This document shows, one piece after another, positions 60,043 to 64,000 of a stretch of 64,000 bases of DNA. The stretch comes from Sphingobacteriia bacterium (GTDB lineage: Bacteria > Bacteroidota > Bacteroidia > NS11-12g > UBA955): positions 14,601 to 78,600 of the forward strand of contig JAGKXC010000001.1 of assembly GCA_021151535.1 (NCBI GenBank), given 5' to 3'. How positions within the stretch are numbered: the stretch's first letter is position 1; each line of letters opens with the position of its first letter. Below the pieces are notes generated by a model. That model made no database searches. It saw only the letters and a list, made by a program, of their open reading frames with translations, and was not told the origin of the DNA. The translations under genes and the position numbers were made by a program.

Positions 60043-60498
60043 CTATTTTTCATTCCTAATTTCATCCAACATATCACTTAAAATACTAAAATCTATTTTA
60101 GCATTATCTGATATCTGATCAAAATGACTCAAAACAATTGGATCTAATTCCTCCAATAATGCCAATCCTTTTTCAGTAATTGCAATATTCATTTTTCTGC
60201 GATTACTTTCACATATGGCTCGCTCAATGTATCCCATTTTCAACATTCGATCACATAAACGAGTTAAATCAGGATTTTTATCCAACATTACATCCTTGAT
60301 TTCCTTTGGATTAGCATTTTCTGGATATTTTCCCCTCAGAATTCTCAAAACATTGTATTGTTGACTGGTAATACCATAATTGCGAATCAAATCTTTCATC
60401 TTTGTCTGCAACCATCCTGCAGTATAGATAATGTTCAAGTAGGCTTTTTGAACATCCGATTCAAACTTTTTTTGTTTTATGGCTTCCTCTATTTTCAC
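60043..60498 (-). CDS. MarR-family transcriptional regulator
   Basis: 151 aa. Winged HTH region ITSQQYNVLRILRGKYPENANPKEIKDVMLDKNPDLTRLCDRMLKMGYIER. Confidence 0.75.
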   Translation of the reverse strand: MKIEEAIKQKKFESDVQKAYLNIIYTAGWLQTKMKDLIRNYGITSQQYNVLRILRGKYPENANPKEIKDVMLDKNPDLTRLCDRMLKMGYIERAICESNRRKMNIAITEKGLALLEELDPIVLSHFDQISDNAKIDFSILSDMLDEIRNEK

Positions 60499-60633
60499 TT
60501 TTCTCCAATTAAATACACTGCAAAATAAGCCAAAATATCAAACAAATGAAAAAATAACATCATCTATCCTGCCCTATTTTACTTTTATTATAAACCTTAT
60601 CAATGTCATTTCAACCCATCCAAACAAACCATT

Positions 60634-60658
60634 AAATTTGCATCGGAATGCAAAATTT
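60634..60658. promoter_or_regulatory. imperfect inverted repeat AAATTTGCAT-cgga-ATGCAAAATTT spanning the kynU start codon; candidate MarR operator or translational hairpin
   Basis: Read directly; the ATG of kynU (60648) lies in the right arm. Confidence 0.3.
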
Positions 60659-61958
60659 TGAACTTACCCAAGAATTCGCGGCTAACCTCGATAATAATGA
60701 TTCTTTGAAATCTTTTAAAGACCATTTTATCATTCCACCCGGTAAAAACAATGAACCAGCCATATACTTATGTGGTAATTCATTAGGATTACAGCCCAAA
60801 TCAGCAAAATCTGCATTAGAATCAGAATTAGAAGATTGGGCTCAATGGGGAGTTGAAGGCCATTTTCACGGAAAAAAACCATGGTTTCACTACCATAAAT
60901 TCCTTACCAAACATGCAGCAGCCATAGCAGGTGGTAAAGAACACGAGGTGGTGGTAATGAATCACCTAACTGTTAACCTCCATGTATTGATGTTTAGTTT
61001 TTATCGCCCTACAAAAAAATTTAACCCCGAAACCAACTCATTCGAACCACAGCGATATAAAATCATCATGGAAGCAGGCGCATTTCCAAGCGACATGTAT
61101 GCCGTTCAATCTCAAGTTGAAAGTCAGGGCTTTGATTATGACGATGCTGTAATTGAATTACATCCAAGACAAGGAGAATATACTTTACGCTTAGAAGATA
61201 TTCTTAAAGCAATAGATGATGCTGGAGATCAACTAGCATTAAGTTTTTTTAGTGGTGTACAATATTATACTGGACAACTTTTTAATATTCCTGAAATCAC
61301 CAAAGCAGCGCATAATGTAGGAGCCATTGCCGGTTTCGACCTAGCGCATGCCGCAGGAAATGTACCCTTGAATTTACATGAATGGAATGTTGACTTTGCC
61401 GCTTGGTGCTCTTACAAATATTTAAATTCAGGACCAGGTAATGTATCCGGTGTATTCATTCATGAGAAACATGGTTTAAATCCAGAAACGCCAAGAATGG
61501 CAGGCTGGTGGGGACATAAAGAAGACGTGAGATTCTTGATGAAAAGAGGATACGTACCCGAACCTGGTGCTGCTGGATGGCAAATGTCTAATGCTCCTGT
61601 TTTTGGTATGGCCGTGCATTTGGCCAGTTTGGAAATCTTCGAAAAAGCAGGTGGTGTTCCAACTCTCCGTAAAAAAAGTGAGCTACTAACAGCTTACCTT
61701 GAATTTGCAATTCATGAAGCGATGAAACATAATTCAAAACTTCAATTTAATATTATCACGCCCGCAAATGCCTCTGAAAGAGGCTGCCAATTAAGCTTAC
61801 TTACCGACCATAACGGCAAAGCATTATTTGATTATTTAATGAATCATAATGTTATTGGCGATTGGCGCGAACCCAATGTAATTCGTTTAGCTCCAGTGCC
61901 GCTCTATAACAGCTTCTCAGATATTTATCACCTATACGAATTACTCGTTAGCTTTTAA
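60648..61958 (+). CDS. kynU: kynureninase (PLP-dependent, aminotransferase class V fold)
   Basis: 436 aa. ...PAIYLCGNSLGLQPKSA...WAQWGVEGHF... and PLP Lys region AAWCSYKYLNSGPG are typical of kynureninase. Confidence 0.8.
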   Translation: MQNFELTQEFAANLDNNDSLKSFKDHFIIPPGKNNEPAIYLCGNSLGLQPKSAKSALESELEDWAQWGVEGHFHGKKPWFHYHKFLTKHAAAIAGGKEHEVVVMNHLTVNLHVLMFSFYRPTKKFNPETNSFEPQRYKIIMEAGAFPSDMYAVQSQVESQGFDYDDAVIELHPRQGEYTLRLEDILKAIDDAGDQLALSFFSGVQYYTGQLFNIPEITKAAHNVGAIAGFDLAHAAGNVPLNLHEWNVDFAAWCSYKYLNSGPGNVSGVFIHEKHGLNPETPRMAGWWGHKEDVRFLMKRGYVPEPGAAGWQMSNAPVFGMAVHLASLEIFEKAGGVPTLRKKSELLTAYLEFAIHEAMKHNSKLQFNIITPANASERGCQLSLLTDHNGKALFDYLMNHNVIGDWREPNVIRLAPVPLYNSFSDIYHLYELLVSF

Positions 61959-61975
61959 ATAAAATGATTTTTAAC

Positions 61976-62008
61976 AAAAAAGGCCTTCAATATGAAGGCC
62001 TTTTTTGT
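61976..62008. terminator. bidirectional Rho-independent terminator between convergent kynU and the LuxR-type regulator
   Basis: AAAAA-AGGCCTTCA-ata-TGAAGGCCT-TTTTTT, a 9-bp GC-rich stem flanked by an A-run and a T-run. Confidence 0.6.
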
Positions 62009-63891
62009 TATTTCAACTCCTCCCAACGGATGTTATTATCTACACCCAATACCTTTCTAATCTTAGACCTAACATTATGAATGTATTGTGGAGTTACACC
62101 TACTAAATTGCTAATATCCTTAGATTTAAAACCTTCTACAGATAAAATAAAAATTCTTCGTTCTGTTAAGTTTAAATCTTTTACAACTGGGTATTTACTT
62201 AACAAATCATCATTTTCCTTGATTAACACATCTGCTACCTGTGGATTAGTACCCGCATCTACTCTACCCAAAGCTTCTAACTCCTTTCTTAATTGATCTA
62301 AATCCTCCTTATCAGCATAATTCATGTTTCTCAATCGCTTGCCCAATTCAGTAGTTTTTTCCATTAGCATGTGAGTTAATGAAACAATCCTGTCATTTAA
62401 TTCCCTTTCCTTCTTTAAGAATCTCTGCTCTTCTTCTTGTTGGGTTAATTGAACTTGAATCAATTCTAACGATTTCTCTCTTTTTCTATTTAACAGCCAT
62501 AATACTGAAACCGTTAATGTTAGAATAATCATCACAGAAATGAGAATTATTGTTACAAATTTATTTCGCAAAGATTTCCTCTCTAGTTCCAATGTTAGTT
62601 CTTTAAGGTTATCACTTTTGCGCATTAATTCCATTCTCTCATTAAAATCTGCGCGCTTTATCGAATCGGTTAACAAAGAATATTCCCTACCAAATTCAAG
62701 AGAATTGGAAAACATCGTACTTGCAAATCCAAAGTTGCCTGTTCCTTGATAAATTTTACCATAAATTTCATATAAATTACTCTTCGAATAAGGATTTTGC
62801 TTGAAGTTTTCCTCATTCCATTTCTCCCATTTATGCAAAGAGTCTAAGTTGAAAAATCGAGGATTGTGGTCAATAATTACTGAAAAATGCTCAAACAACT
62901 CGGAAAAAGCTTGTGTGAAATTTTCATAAACCCAATTCATATGAAGTTGTACATATTCCTCCATTAATGGAAACTTATTGGGCTGTCTGGCCAAATCATT
63001 CAAAACTAAATTCATTTTGTTTACAGCAAAATATGGATCCATCTCATTATCAGGTACATGAGCCAACAACGTGTTTGCATCGTTCCATCGTTTTTGAGCT
63101 TGCAAAAGATTTACCCTATTTAATGTAGTTAATTGTCTCTCGTATTCATTTTGCGGATGATTCAACAATGAATCATATTTTTTCCATTCATCCAAAGTAG
63201 ATAAAGGTCCGTTTTCCGTTGATTTAATTGAAATAATATTATTCACCAAAACACCATTCTTTATGTTTGCCTTCTCTCCGGCAACAACGGCATCTTGAAA
63301 ATACCTTGAGGCAGTACCAAACATGGAATTATTAAAATACAACGTACCCAAATTGGTAGCATACATATTAATATTAGCATAATCATTATGAGATTTTGCA
63401 TAATCGTATCCCATCTTCATGTAGTTTATAGCTTCACTCAAATTTCCTTTGTGATAATATGCTAGTGAAATAGGTGAATAATATAAACAGGGCGAAATAT
63501 CATCAAACTGCTTTCCTAATTCCATCGCAGTTTTCCCATGGATTAATGCTGAATCATATTTAAACTTATATATTTTATTAAATGACTCATTTACATTGAA
63601 ATACAATAAAACACGATCATTATTTTCCTTCTCACCCCTTACTAAAACTAATTTTAGCAACTTATTGTATTCTTTTTCTTTATCCTTCATCATCGATAAT
63701 CGATGAAGCTCTCTGAAAGCGGGCATCTCATATTTTCCTACTTTCATATCTTTGATTTGATTCCACAAACTATCCGCATTATCAGATCGTTCAATTTTTG
63801 GATTTTCACTGCCATCACCTCTGAGAATAAAAAGTAATAAACTCGCGATAATCACAAGTCCAGTAAGGAGAAATAATTTGTTTCTTTTCAT
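62008..63891 (-). CDS. membrane-anchored TPR-like sensor / LuxR-type HTH transcriptional regulator
   Basis: N-terminal signal/TM LFLLTGLVIIASLLLFI; internal TM FVTIILISVMIILTLTVSVLWLL; coiled-coil; C-terminal LTERRIFILSVEGFKSKDISNLVGVTPQYIHNVRSKIRKVLGV (LuxR/GerE HTH). Confidence 0.6.
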   Translation of the reverse strand: MKRNKLFLLTGLVIIASLLLFILRGDGSENPKIERSDNADSLWNQIKDMKVGKYEMPAFRELHRLSMMKDKEKEYNKLLKLVLVRGEKENNDRVLLYFNVNESFNKIYKFKYDSALIHGKTAMELGKQFDDISPCLYYSPISLAYYHKGNLSEAINYMKMGYDYAKSHNDYANINMYATNLGTLYFNNSMFGTASRYFQDAVVAGEKANIKNGVLVNNIISIKSTENGPLSTLDEWKKYDSLLNHPQNEYERQLTTLNRVNLLQAQKRWNDANTLLAHVPDNEMDPYFAVNKMNLVLNDLARQPNKFPLMEEYVQLHMNWVYENFTQAFSELFEHFSVIIDHNPRFFNLDSLHKWEKWNEENFKQNPYSKSNLYEIYGKIYQGTGNFGFASTMFSNSLEFGREYSLLTDSIKRADFNERMELMRKSDNLKELTLELERKSLRNKFVTIILISVMIILTLTVSVLWLLNRKREKSLELIQVQLTQQEEEQRFLKKERELNDRIVSLTHMLMEKTTELGKRLRNMNYADKEDLDQLRKELEALGRVDAGTNPQVADVLIKENDDLLSKYPVVKDLNLTERRIFILSVEGFKSKDISNLVGVTPQYIHNVRSKIRKVLGVDNNIRWEELK

Positions 63892-64000
63892 ATAATTTCA
63901 ACTAACTAATCCCTAATGTTAGAAAAATGTTAGATTCCGAGTTCTACAAACCCTATACCAAAAAACAATAAAAATTCTACAATTCAAACATTTCATTCAA

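Noticed and set aside
1-64000. CRISPR arrays, tRNA/rRNA genes, insertion sequences, integrases
   Set aside because: No direct-repeat or spacer periodicity, no cloverleaf-like sequence in intergenic spaces over 60 nt, and no DDE-transposase or tyrosine-recombinase motifs in any long ORF. The window appears to be core chromosome with accessory envelope genes, not a mobile element.

Overview
This is a low-GC window (about 36% GC) that reads as a Bacteroidota chromosomal region. Three things support that assignment: a T9SS type-B C-terminal sorting domain on a giant secreted protein, recurring TAnnTTTG -7 promoter motifs about 10-18 nt upstream of start codons, and a eukaryote/archaeal-type ProRS. 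The window is gene-dense, about 55 protein genes on both strands. I found no rRNA, tRNA, CRISPR array, transposase or integrase.

Housekeeping genes I recognise: a truncated recQ at the window edge, kdsD-like arabinose-5-P isomerase overlapping a mannose-1-P guanylyltransferase, proS, class II B12-dependent RNR nrdJ, a polyprenyl synthase, an ABC-F ATPase, miaB, fabD, the iscS-iscU-iscA operon, methylmalonyl-CoA epimerase, polA, msrB, hflX and kynureninase with a divergent MarR.

Accessory and unusual content:
- A FecR-family anti-sigma factor gene is interrupted by one in-frame TAA. It has no adjacent ECF sigma and sits directly upstream of a 1017-aa SBBP/PKD/T9SS cargo protein.
- A same-strand run of GT2 polyprenol-phosphate glycosyltransferase, ArnT/PMT-like GT-C transferase and two cryptochrome/photolyase-family proteins is tightly packed, with 4-bp overlaps at both ends of the run.
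- Two further ArnT/PMT-like GT-C paralogs lie elsewhere in the window.
- A ComA-family phosphosulfolactate synthase overlaps by 4 bp with an acidic-N-terminus TPR protein.
- An archaeal-type GGGPS/PcrB homolog lies next to nrdJ.
- Several uncharacterised envelope operons (lipoprotein + OMP + small membrane protein; polytopic membrane + secreted protein) have no recognisable family.
- I could fold several Rho-independent terminators by eye, plus an 18-bp perfect palindrome and an inverted repeat over the kynU start codon.

Hairpin and motif coordinates were hand-indexed and may be off by a few nucleotides. CDS coordinates follow the supplied ORF track, with start codons adjusted where signal peptides, promoter motifs or family length suggested it.
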